The translations under genes were made by a program, and so were the position numbers. From Piromyces finnis finn (taxonomy: Eukaryota; Fungi; Neocallimastigomycota), in contig MCFH01000033.1 in assembly GCA_002104945.1 (NCBI GenBank), forward strand, positions 372,001 to 436,000: a DNA stretch of 64,000 nucleotides, read 5' to 3'. Shown piece by piece: positions 13,073-23,694 of this stretch. Under the pieces are notes generated by a model. The model worked only from the letters and a program-made list of their open reading frames with translations. It was not told the origin of the DNA and made no database searches. Within the stretch, counting starts at the first letter, position 1; the number at the start of each line of letters is the position of its first letter.

Positions 13073-15989
13073 ATGCTTACAAAACTATTTAGTACAATTT
13101 TGATATTGGGATCACTACTTTATTGTAGTGCTATATCCATTAATATGAAAGCTTTAGTTTTAACCTCAGAAAAGTATATCCAATATGATGATGTTGTAAA
13201 GTTAACTTTACAATCCTATGGTATTCCATATGATATGTATGCTTTCAATGAAAATAATATACCAAAAAGTAACTTAACTTTAGTCAACTCTGATGGTGAA
13301 CCATTATATAACCTTATTATTGTTAATGGTGGAAGTCTTTCATATGAAAATTCTGAAACTCACGCTTGGGTTAGTTATTTAACTTCTGCTCAATGGGCTT
13401 ACATTGAAGAATATGAAGCTAAATACCATGTACGTAGAGTCTCTATCGATTCCGAAATTAATATCTATAATTATATCGATTTATATGACCAAAATGATTG
13501 GGGTAAATCTGTTCCAGAACAAAAACTTATTCCAGCAGATAATGATGTTACTAAGAAGATTTTTGAAGATACCAGAGTTAAATTTACTGCTCCATTAGAT
13601 GTTAACAAGTAAGTATTTATTATATACTTTTTTTTTAAAAAAAAAAATATTAAAAACTTTGGATGGATAATGGATATTAATTAAATTGGAAAAAGAAGAA
13701 AAAAATTAAAGCACATGGATAATTTTTTGCTTATCCCTCCTAAAAGTTGTTATGAAAAATAAAAAAAAAATGTTGCTTATTTTTAAAAAATTTTTAAAAA
13801 ATTTCTAAAACTCCTCTTTTTTATTTTTTATTATGATTAAATGATTATTAACCATTTATTATTTTACAAAATTCTTCATTTTACTATAATTTAATAGTAT
13901 CTATCACACTAGAATAAAGATTACTGATGAATCTATTGTTAAACCATTCTTATACTATGATGATAATGGTTCAAAGGGTGCTGTTGCTGCTACCATCTCT
14001 ACTTTCCCAGATGGTCGTGAAAAAATGAGTTTCTACTTTGGTTTTGGTTCATGGTCTCAAAGTAGTATTATCCTTAATCACTTATGGTTAGTTTGGGGTA
14101 CTCGTAATATTTTCAATGGTTTCCGTCGTGTTTACTTCTCTGCTCATATTGATGATGTTTTCCTTTCAACAGATCTTATTGATATGAAAAAAGGTTTAGT
14201 TGAAAATGAAGAAGGATTAGCTTTCCGTACTAGTAGTAAGGATTATGACGGTATCGTTAAATTCCAAAATGATATTATGAAAAAAATGCCAGACGGTTCT
14301 TTCTTCAGAGTTGAATTAGCTTTCAATGGTAACGGTATTATTATTCAAGCTGATCCAGAATCTGCTGTTGAAGTAGATGGTGAACGTTATGTCGATTTGG
14401 AATTCGTAAAAACTCCAGGTACTGGTGATAAGCGTTGGCCAAAAGAAAATTATCAATTAAATTTCTCTGATTCTTTCTACCAAAAGGATCCATTATTCAA
14501 ATACTTTGCTAATAATGATGCCCATCAAAAGGAATTCTTCTGGAGTTCTCACACCTTCTCTCACGAAAACTTAGATAACGCCTCTAGAAGTGATGTCGAT
14601 AATGAAATTCGTGTCAACATTGAATTAGCTAAGAAATTAGGTGTTGTCGGTAAGGAATGGTGGTCTGAACATGCTATTATCACTCCACAAATTTCTGGTC
14701 TTCACAACAAGGATGCTCTTGAAATTTTCAGACAATACGGTATTACTGCTGGAACTGGTGATCTTAGTCGTCCAGCTATTACTAACCTCGAAAACCCATA
14801 CCTCCCATTCTACACTACTTTAGAATCTAGTAACTTGGAAGGTTTCCCAATTATCCCACGTACCCCAACTGAAATTTACTACATGTGTACTGATGTTGCA
14901 GAAAATACTTGGATGTACAACCATATCTACAAATCTTACTTTGGTAAGGAATCTACCTGGGAAGAAATTTCTGACCGTGAAAGTAAACGTACTTTACTTT
15001 TAATGACTAAACTTCGTCATGAAGCTCACCAATTCCACCAAGCTAACCTTCGTAATGAAGATACTGGAAAATCTCTTCTTGAAGAATGGGTCACCCCAAT
15101 TGTTAACTTGTACAATCAATACGTTGAATGGCCATTAATTTCTCTCAAGATTGATGATAATATGGAAAGCTTCAAAAAACGTGCTAATATTGAAGCTTGT
15201 GGACAAAAAGTTAAATTAATTATTAATGATAACAAGGTGACTGGTATTTCCGTTTCTGCCACTAAAGGTGATTGTACTCTTCCAGTCACTGTTCCAGTTA
15301 AAATTAATGAAGCTACTCTTCCACAAGGTATTACTCTTGAACAAGTTGGTAAGGATCCATTAACTGTCTGGGTTTCCTTAGTCAAGGGTGAAACTAAAAT
15401 AATCGAATTTGCTGAAGGTATTGAATGGAAGATTAATGAAGATACTCCAGCTTCCGCTGAACCATCTAACCCAACTACCACTACTGTTATCGGTAAAAAT
15501 TGAACAACAAGTTTAAAAATTAATTAAAAAAAAAAACTATTTTTTATTTAAAGACACTATTATTAATCAATCTTCATTTATCACTAATATTCTATATCAC
15601 TATTTATAATCAAATATTATTATTTATAAATGTTATTTTATATATATCACTACTATTTATACCCTCTTTATCACTATGATTCCTATCATTTTATTTTTTT
15701 TCTCTATGATTATCTTTTATCCAATATATAATTAGATGAACAAACAGTTATTGTTGATACTACCACCACTATAATTGATGATGTTACTACTCCAGTCACA
15801 ACAACAACAACAACTACTACTACTACTACTACAACTACTACTCCAGTCACAACAACAACAACAGCTACTACTACTACTACAACTACTACTACTACTACCG
15901 CAACTCCAACTTCATCTACACAAAATTGTGATCAATATAAATTACAAATTCTTAAATACATTAAATGCATATTAAACATTAAAATCTAA
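13073..15989 (+). CDS. Agd3/CE18-like secreted polysaccharide deacetylase, paralog 1; exons 13073-13608, 13898-15492, 15736-15989
   Basis: Signal peptide; motifs RRVYFSAHIDD, FWSSHTFSH, ITPQISGLHN, GDLSRP, PRTPTEIYY and FHQANLR match the Aspergillus Agd3 family from memory. Introns 13609-13897 (GTAAGT..AG) and 15493-15735 (GT..AG) restore colinearity with paralog 2 (DVNNIYHTR vs DVNGIYHNR; TTVIDEQ vs TTVIDEP). A Thr-rich linker is followed by TQNC and a non-CBM tail. Confidence 0.85.
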
Positions 15990-16620
15990 TCAAGCTAAAT
16001 GAATATAAATCTAATTATAAATTATCCAAATATTTTTATTATTAAAAATGTTATATAAATTAATGATTTATTAAATATATCATATACTATTTGATTAAAT
16101 AATATTTTTTTTATTATTTAATACCTTTTTTTTTTTTATCTCATTATTTATCTTTATTTAAAAAAAAAACTTCCATATTTTAAGAAAATATATTTTTTAT
16201 TTTTTATATTAAAAAAAAAAGTATCTAGGTATAATTAAAACCTATACCTTGTGTACTTTTTTTTTTTTTAGTTCCATTCATTCTATTCATACTAAATATA
16301 TATAATTTTTTTTTATTAAAAATTATTTTAAATAGAGAAAAAAAAAATCAATATTTTTAATTTTTATATTTTTTTTTTTTAAAAAAAAAGCCTATATAGA
16401 TTTTTTTTTTTAATTAAAAAAAAAAAGTATACTATTTTTTAATATAATAATTTTTACACGTTTATAAACTTTTTTAAATAAAAGTAATCTAAAAAAATAT
16501 ATAAAAAGTAAGATTATTTTTAAAAGTGTTTCTTAAAGATGTCCATAAGAATTTGTAAAAAAAAATTTTTTTTTTTTGAAACTTAATGAATCCTAATTAA
16601 AAAAAAAAAAAAAAAAAAAA

Positions 16621-16689
16621 ACGAAGCGTATTAAAAAATGTGATATTTTTTTTCAATAAAATGGCTGGAATGATGATTACCCTTCATAT
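16621..16689 (+). mobile_element. Possible left remnant of the oldest LINE relic (layer 0)
   Basis: aagcgtatt...atgtgatatt...tggaatga loosely matches 19811-19850 (KRIKKCDIF..WND vs NRIWDGDFPNSWNE). Weak. Confidence 0.35.
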
Positions 16690-16729
16690 TCAACGATGGT
16701 GATTCGTCCTGAATCAGTAGAAAATCAGA

Positions 16730-17392
16730 TAGAAATAATAATATTAGTAATGATAGCAATAGTGAAGATAATAATTCTAATTTAGATAGTAATTTAGTTA
16801 ATGATAGTAATAGTTCTAATAATCCGGTGAATATTAATGTGTATGATTATTCTAGTGTGTGCAGTAAAATATTTAAATTCCTTCTTGGGGGAAGAAGTTT
16901 TAACAATATCAATTACAATTCAAGGGAATGGAAAGAACTTTGTAAGCGTCAGATTCAATCTGGTACTAACGAAGGAACACCATTCTTGACGGTAACCGCG
17001 GAACTTCTAACCAAAATCATGCCTTTTGCTATTGGCCAGCAATGGTCAATGTTCAAAAGGTTTGAAGCAACATCCAAGAGCGTCAATGCTGAAGAAACAG
17101 TAAGACAGGCCAGGAGGGCCAGCGCAACCAATGGAGATCATAATTTTGTCCCATGATAAAATTTTGATCTTTGGCTCGGTGTCCCATTGGAAGTCAAATA
17201 CAATTATTATACTTTAGTATGATAGTGGCTTTCTTACTTTAATTAAAATTACTAGAATACATTATACCCAATTTTTATTCATTTGTGTTTATTTAAACAT
17301 ATTTTTTTTTATTTTTATTTTATTTTAATTTTTATATTACATGTATTATAATTTTAATTAAATTAATAATAAAGTTTAAAATATTTGATGCC

Positions 17393-17440
<48 letters not shown>
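16730..17440 (+). mobile_element. Young, heavily 5'-truncated LINE copy (layer 2a), 711 bp
   Basis: About 99% identical to 21618-22325; 45-nt poly(A) at 17396-17440; 14-bp TSD AGTAGAAAATCAGA at 16716-16729 and 17440-17453. Confidence 0.95.
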
Positions 17441-17443
<3 letters not shown>

Positions 17444-17555
17444 GAAAATCAGAACAAGAAAGATCCAGTATTTTTACTTAGCAGGAAGCCCCATTCCAAT
17501 TACTTCCTGATGGCTACACTTATCTTAGTGTTCCATTTGATAAGAATTTGTCCCT

Positions 17556-20500
17556 CCCCTTAGATGATATTCGCTCCTTCTTTATCCGTGGTATTCGATC
17601 ATGGTCAGTAAATATGCTATGGGAAAAACTCGAGGTTATTCTAGAAGATAAATTTAATTCAGTTATTAGTGTTAAATATTTTCAAACTTTCAATGATCAC
17701 TTTTTCTTAGTCAAGGTTCATGGTTCATCGAAAGATTGTATTAAAATCTTACACATGTTAAAGAAGAAACTTTCAGTTACCTCAATTTCCTTTTCAGCTC
17801 GTAGTAGAAGGAATCACAAATACACTTTTTCCACTCTCAAACGTAAAATTTTAGTTTCTAATAAACATCAACATTCTATTCAACAATCATTTCAACAATC
17901 AGTTCAACAATCAGTTCAACAATCTCATCAACAATCCGATCTTCAACAAGATCTTCAACAGGATCTTCAACAAGTTTCCCATCATGAAAATATTCCAGAT
18001 CTACAGCAAACACAATTTCAATCTCAACATTCAACAATTAATTCTAATAGTTCTATCAACTCTGATAACAGTTCAATAGTTGATAGTTCTTCAGTTTCAC
18101 AGCCATCTAGTAATAGTTCTACTTATTCCTCTGATGCATCATCCATTAATAACGATGACTTTAATAATAATAATAATAGCAACGATTCTTCCTCATCCAA
18201 CAAGCCTGATAACTTTTCTTTTTGTCTTAGTTGGAACACCAATGGGTGGAATCATGAAAAGAGAGATAGTATTAGCTATTTCACAGCTATTTTCAAACCA
18301 TTATTCTTATGTTTCCAAGAAACTGGTAATGGTTCTGGATCGAATACAGATTATCCTTGTCGTGTTACTTTGCGAAACTATAGACACTTTTTCAAGAAAG
18401 CTGACGAATCAGTTCCGGGAATGAGAGGTTTATATTTAGGTTTTCACAATTCATGTCAAGCCTCACTTGAAAACTTCTCTGGAAAGTATATTATTTCTAT
18501 TTATACTTTTAGTCTCTGGAATAGATTCAAATGCTCGATTGGTAATGTTTATATGCCTCATAGTCATCACAACATCTATGTTGATCATGCAAAGTTAGAA
18601 GTTCGCTTGTGGTTACAAACTCATTCATCCCATCCATCGATTCTTGTTGGTGATTTTAATATGTCTAAAGTAAAATTATCCAACTGGTTATCAACTAATG
18701 GATTAGGAGATTGGGAAATTCTTCCGCTTAGAGGGTCTACTATCTCTTGGACTCGAGGTGATCAATCTTCCGACATTGACCATGCTCTTATCAATTCGAA
18801 GATGAAAGATCTTATTCACTCAGGATCATTTATAAATAATTTTTATCCTGTATCAGACCATAAGCCACTTCTTATTAATGGTAAAATTATTCCTATGGAA
18901 GATTTTTCTAATGACTTTAATGTTCCTAAGAAAATTCTGAAATGGAATAGATTAAAATGTATTGAGGAAAAGGAATCTATTCTCAGTCATAATAAATTCC
19001 AAATACTTTCAGCAAAATTCAACGATCCTAATGTTTCTACAGATGAACTTTCCAAAGAGTTTACTTCAACTGCTTTTTCAATTGCAGACGAGCTCAGTAT
19101 TACTTCAGCAAATAATGTTATAAAGTCTTCATTTCATATTTCACAACAAATTTTTAATCTCCAAAAAATCAAAATGAAGTTGTATAAGAGATTTAAAAAA
19201 GAAAGAATTTATGATATAGATGAATTTATTAAAAGAATTAAAATCTACCGTAAACTCATTGATTACATCCACAAAAGATGTAATGAATTTAGGAAGCAAG
19301 AATATCTTCATTGGATTAAAACAGGATGTGAGTATATGAAGAGTCATAATCCTAAGAAGGCCTGGAAATGGATCAAGAAAACTGCAAAAATTGGAAAAGA
19401 TTCTTTCTTTATTGCTCAACCAATTAAAAATAAAAATGGAGAATTAGTTGTTGCTACGGAAGAACAACTAGATGTGTGGCATGATCATTTCGAAAATCTT
19501 GCATCAGATCCAAGTGGTGTAAGTCTTGATTTGGAGCATTGGTATGAAGAACCAACGAATAAACGTTTTTCACTTCCTATGCTTGATGAGTGGGATATCA
19601 ACCAAGATATTAGTATTGATGAAGTCAAGTCAGCTATCCTCACTACTCCAAATTATAAAGCATCAGGTCCGGATGGTATTCCAATTGAATTTTACAAAGC
19701 ATTAGTTCCATCAAGTAATGATTCTAATAATGCTACAGATAATAATTCTTCTGGTAATACTACTTCAGATAATGATGCTCATGGTTTAAATTTTATTCTT
19801 AAATTATTCAACCGTATTTGGGATGGAGATTTCCCCAACTCATGGAATGAATCCAGTATTGTTTCTATTCCTAAGAAGGGAGATTTGACAGATTGTGATA
19901 ACTATCGAGGTATATCACTTATCAATAATGGTATTAAGTTGATTTCCAAAATTGTCACCACTAGAATCTCAGAATATGGTTTAAAGAATAATTTCATTAG
20001 ACCTGAACAATTTGGTTTTCGAAAAAAGGAAGAAAGTATCAGTCTTTTCATTTCAATCCAAGAAATATGCCGTAGACGTCAATTAGATAATAAAGAGACA
20101 TATTTGGCCTTTTTAGATCTCAGGAAAGCATACGATTCAGTCCCAATCGGTAATATTCTCCATAAATTAGATTGTTTAGGAATCCGAGGTAAGAGTCTAC
20201 AATTTATCAAAAATTTATATTTAACATCTAAGGCTAATGTCAAATTAGATGGACAATTCTCGAAATCTTTTGATGTGAAGAAAGGAGTCCGTCAAGGATG
20301 CCCTCTTTCTCCTATTCTCTTTAATCTCTTTATTAATGATATATTTAAAGAGTGCGAAGATCTAGGAGTCAGTTTAGGTGACACTCGATGCTGTGGTGGA
20401 CTTTTTGCAGATGATATAGTTATTTGTGCTCCAACAAGAGGATGCTTAAAAAAGATGCTTAGAAGAGTTAATGAATGGGCATTGTATAATGAAATGGAAT

Positions 20501-22278
20501 TTGGTATCCAGAAATGTTCAACGATGGTGATTCGTCCTGAATCAATAGAAAATCAGAACAAGAGAGATCCAACATTTTACTTAGCAGGACAACCCATTCC
20601 AACTACTGATTGTTATACTTATCTTGGTGTTCCATTTGATAAGAATTTGTCCCTTAAACCAGTAATTAAAGCTCTTAATAACAAGGTTTTGAAAGGACTT
20701 TTCTCAGTCAGTAAATTCTTAAGAAATCCTAATATTCCTATTCCTTTCAAAAAACTAGTACTTAACTCACAAGTGATTAGCAGAGTTTCATACTTTGCAC
20801 CATTACTTGGATCCAACAAAGCTAGGTCTAGGATTGCTCAGAAGCATGTTAACAAAGGAATACGATGGGTTGCCGGAGTTCATAAAGCTGTATCGTTTAT
20901 ATCTTTATACTCTATTTCAAAAGATTTGAATATTCCTCCATTGTCAGCCAAATGTGCGTTAGCTCAGGTTAGATGTTTTAACAAATGGAAAAACTCAAAT
21001 TGTATTATCTCACACCTTGTCAATTACATTCCTAAATTTAGAAAATACACGTGGTGCAAATCAAGTAGGACACTTGATAAAAAATTAAAGAAACATGGAG
21101 ATGTTAAAGCAGTTAAAAACTTTTATTGGAAAGATCTCAAAGGGAATTCAATCAAAGCGCAATATTATGATGATAATAAGTTTATTGAAACTAAAGATTT
21201 TATCAAATTATGTTATGAATACCCAGAGTTTGCCTATGGCTTCTACTGGCTATTGAAAGCAAGAAGCGGATATAAGTTGGATGCTAGAGTTGCCAAAGCT
21301 GCCAAATTTGTTGATCCAGTTTGTCCTAACTACTGTCCATGTTGCAAGTGTGGAGATCAAAGTATTAAACATTGGTTATTAGATTGTCCAACATTTAGAG
21401 ATATCCGTATTAAACATTATGATTCTATAGTCCAGCTATTAAATTTTTTCAGTCAACGTAATTCCAATAGTCCTATCAATAATAATGAAATTGATAATAT
21501 CAGTAGAGATAGTAATAACAGTAATAGTAATAGTAACAATAATAATAATAACAATAGTAATAATAACAATAGTAGTAATAGTAATAATAGAAATAGTAAT
21601 AATAACAATAGTAGTAATAGAAATAATAATATTAATAATGATAGCAATAGTGAAGATAATAATTCTAATTTAAATAGTAATTTAGTTAATGATAGTAATA
21701 GTTCTAATAATCCGGTGAATATTAATGTGTATGATTATTCTAGTGTGTGCAGTAAAATATTTAAATTCCTTCTTGGGGGAAGAAGTTTTAACAATATTAA
21801 TTACAATTCAAGGGAATGGAAAGAACTTTGTAAGCGTCAGATTCAATCTGGTACTAACGAAGGAACACCATTCTTGACGGTAACCGCGGAACTTCTAACC
21901 AAAATCATGCCTTTTGCTATTGGCCAGCAATGGACAATGTTCAAAAGGTTTGAAGCAACATCCAAGAGCGTCAATGCTGAAGAAACAGTAAGACAGGCCA
22001 GGAGGGCCAGCGCAACCAATGGAGATCATAATTTTGTTCCATGACAAAATTTTGATCTTTGGCTCGGTGTCCCATTGGAAGTCAAATACAATTATTATAC
22101 TTTAGTATGATAGTGGCTTTCTTACTTTAATTAAAATTACTAGAATACATTATACCCAATTTTTATTCATTTGTGTTTATTTAAACATATTTTTTTATTT
22201 TTATTTTATTTTAATTTTTATATTACATGTATTATAATTTTAATTAAATTAATAATAAAGTTTAAAATATTTGATGCC

Positions 22279-22325
<47 letters not shown>
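17556..22325 (+). mobile_element. Young, near-full-length APE-RT LINE (layer 2b), lacking the 5' UTR and the first 21 codons
   Basis: 44-nt poly(A) at 22282-22325 with AATAAA upstream; 14-bp TSD AAGAATTTGTCCCT at 17542-17555 and 22324-22337; 5' junction on a 1-nt T microhomology. Confidence 0.97.
17557..22044 (+). CDS. LINE polyprotein: putative RRM-like N-terminus, AP endonuclease, reverse transcriptase, C-terminal CCHC-type Zn motif (start codon missing in this copy)
   Basis: APE motifs SWNTNG, LCFQET, LVGDFN, DIDH, SDHKP; RT motifs GPDGIP, NYRGISL, QFGFR, FLDLRKAYD, GVRQGCPLSP, FADD, YLG; C-terminal CPCCKC..HWLLDC. Open over 1495 codons. Confidence 0.96.
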   Translation, partial: PLDDIRSFFIRGIRSWSVNMLWEKLEVILEDKFNSVISVKYFQTFNDHFFLVKVHGSSKDCIKILHMLKKKLSVTSISFSARSRRNHKYTFSTLKRKILVSNKHQHSIQQSFQQSVQQSVQQSHQQSDLQQDLQQDLQQVSHHENIPDLQQTQFQSQHSTINSNSSINSDNSSIVDSSSVSQPSSNSSTYSSDASSINNDDFNNNNNSNDSSSSNKPDNFSFCLSWNTNGWNHEKRDSISYFTAIFKPLFLCFQETGNGSGSNTDYPCRVTLRNYRHFFKKADESVPGMRGLYLGFHNSCQASLENFSGKYIISIYTFSLWNRFKCSIGNVYMPHSHHNIYVDHAKLEVRLWLQTHSSHPSILVGDFNMSKVKLSNWLSTNGLGDWEILPLRGSTISWTRGDQSSDIDHALINSKMKDLIHSGSFINNFYPVSDHKPLLINGKIIPMEDFSNDFNVPKKILKWNRLKCIEEKESILSHNKFQILSAKFNDPNVSTDELSKEFTSTAFSIADELSITSANNVIKSSFHISQQIFNLQKIKMKLYKRFKKERIYDIDEFIKRIKIYRKLIDYIHKRCNEFRKQEYLHWIKTGCEYMKSHNPKKAWKWIKKTAKIGKDSFFIAQPIKNKNGELVVATEEQLDVWHDHFENLASDPSGVSLDLEHWYEEPTNKRFSLPMLDEWDINQDISIDEVKSAILTTPNYKASGPDGIPIEFYKALVPSSNDSNNATDNNSSGNTTSDNDAHGLNFILKLFNRIWDGDFPNSWNESSIVSIPKKGDLTDCDNYRGISLINNGIKLISKIVTTRISEYGLKNNFIRPEQFGFRKKEESISLFISIQEICRRRQLDNKETYLAFLDLRKAYDSVPIGNILHKLDCLGIRGKSLQFIKNLYLTSKANVKLDGQFSKSFDVKKGVRQGCPLSPILFNLFINDIFKECEDLGVSLGDTRCCGGLFADDIVICAPTRGCLKKMLRRVNEWALYNEMEFGIQKCSTMVIRPESIENQNKRDPTFYLAGQPIPTTDCYTYLGVPFDKNLSLKPVIKALNNKVLKGLFSVSKFLRNPNIPIPFKKLVLNSQVISRVSYFAPLLGSNKARSRIAQKHVNKGIRWVAGVHKAVSFISLYSISKDLNIPPLSAKCALAQVRCFNKWKNSNCIISHLVNYIPKFRKYTWCKSSRTLDKKLKKHGDVKAVKNFYWKDLKGNSIKAQYYDDNKFIETKDFIKLCYEYPEFAYGFYWLLKARSGYKLDARVAKAAKFVDPVCPNYCPCCKCGDQSIKHWLLDCPTFRDIRIKHYDSIVQLLNFFSQRNSNSPINNNEIDNISRDSNNSNSNSNNNNNNNSNNNNSSNSNNRNSNNNNSSNRNNNINNDSNSEDNNSNLNSNLVNDSNSSNNPVNINVYDYSSVCSKIFKFLLGGRSFNNINYNSREWKELCKRQIQSGTNEGTPFLTVTAELLTKIMPFAIGQQWTMFKRFEATSKSVNAEETVRQARRASATNGDHNFVP

Positions 22326-22327
<2 letters not shown>

Positions 22328-22924
22328 ATTTGTCCCTTAGACCAGTAATTAAAGCTCTTAATTTAGTTAATAATAGTAATAGTTCCAATAATCCGATGAA
22401 TATTAATGTGTATGATTATTCTAGTGTGTACAATAAACTATTTAAATTCCTTCTTGGAGGAAGAAGTCTTAACAATATCAATTACAATTCAAGGGAATGG
22501 AAAGAACTTTGTAAGTGTCAGATTCAATCTGGCACTAACGAAGGAACATCATTCTTGACGGTAACAGCGGAACTTCTAACCAAAATCATGCTTTTTGCTA
22601 TTTGGCCAGCAATGGTCATTGAAGCAACAGCCAAGAGTGTCAATGCTGAAGAAATAGTAAGACAGACCAAGAGGGCCAGCGCAACCAATGGAGATCTTTG
22701 GCTTGGTGTCCCATTGGAAGTCAAATACAATTATTATATTTTAGTATAATGGTGGCTTTCTTTCTTTAATTAAAATGACTCGAATACATTATATCCAATT
22801 TCTATTCATTTGTGTTTATTTAAACCTATTTTTTTTTTTTTTTTAATTTTGTTTTTTTACAACATGTATAATTAAATTATTAAAAGTTCAAAATTATTTA
22901 ATGTCGTTAAAAAAAAAAAAAAAA

Positions 22925-23210
22925 TTGCCACTAATTTCATTAGACTTGAACAATTTGAATTCTGTAGCAAAAAAAAGAATGCATTAACTTTTACATTTCA
23001 ATTAAAGAAATCCAATAGAGAAGAAAAGTCTATAAGTAAAATTCATCTACCTAGATTTTTCTTCACCTTAAAGAAAGCTTTTGATTTAGATCTAACAAGA
23101 AAAATATAAAATTTTATTACAATAAAATTTTGGTAATGAAAAGTAATAGTCTTCCTTAAACTTAAAAAAAGGATTCAACTTTTTATTAGTTTATTTACAT
23201 TTAAAAAGGT
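22925..23210 (+). mobile_element. Oldest, heavily decayed LINE relic (layer 0), RT region
   Basis: aatttcattagacttgaacaatttg...catttcaattaaagaaat aligns to 19990-20066 (aatttcattagacctgaacaatttg...catttcaatccaagaaat). Translation retains FFTLKKAFD, matching the FLDLRKAYD motif. Many stops. Confidence 0.75.
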
Positions 23211-23694
23211 TATTACATAAAAGAAAATGCAGTTATATATTCTTAATAAAAACACAATATTAATTTTGGAAAAAAAAAAAAAAAGTACAGTTCTTTTATT
23301 GCGGAGACTTGCGGAATTCAATACTAGTATTAATCCGATTATTATTTAGTCTCATTATTATTACTTTATAGATTAGCAATTGTAAAAAAGATTCATTATT
23401 CCATAGTCTAAAATATTCATTAATAAATAAAGGATTCATTTACTGGATAATTTAAAAGTAAATCCTAAAAGTTTTTTTTTTTTAATATTATAAATAATAA
23501 ATTTTTTAAGGTTTTTTTAATATTATAGTAAAAGGAAAATTTTTTTTTTTTTTTGGTACCACAATACTATCAATATTATTAATATAATATTTTAAACAAT
23601 ATTAATAATTAATAATTAAAAAAAAAATGTTTTTTTTTTTTTTTAAAATTGAAATTTGAAATTTAAAATTAAATCTTTAAATTTTTATATAAAA

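Larger units (their letters stand above)
16690..22924 (+). mobile_element. Older 5'-truncated, internally deleted LINE copy (layer 1) interrupted by two younger insertions; pieces 16690-16729, 17441-17555, 22324-22924
   Basis: The pieces join into a continuous match to 20517-20680 of the intact copy, then jump about 1 kb (TAAT microhomology) to the 3' end. About 93% identical to the young copies over a 140-bp stretch counted by eye. Own poly(A) at 22909-22924. Confidence 0.88.

Noticed and set aside
16660-16690. TSD for the layer-1 LINE copy
   Set aside because: The sequence after its poly(A) (TTGCCACTA...) is not repeated at its 5' junction. The insertion probably came with a target deletion or later decay.
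17548-17556. TTG start of the 1498-aa ORF in the track
   Set aside because: These bases are the TSD/host copy. The real start (ATG at 966, minus) is seen only in the left-edge copy.
22361-22500. RIP-like mutation of the old LINE copy
   Set aside because: G>A changes predominate, but only about 2 of 5 are in a TpG context. Too few sites to support a claim.
22171-22749. 192-aa ORF
   Set aside because: Chimeric read-through of the LINE 3' UTR, poly(A) (poly-Lys), TSD and the old copy's 3' end.
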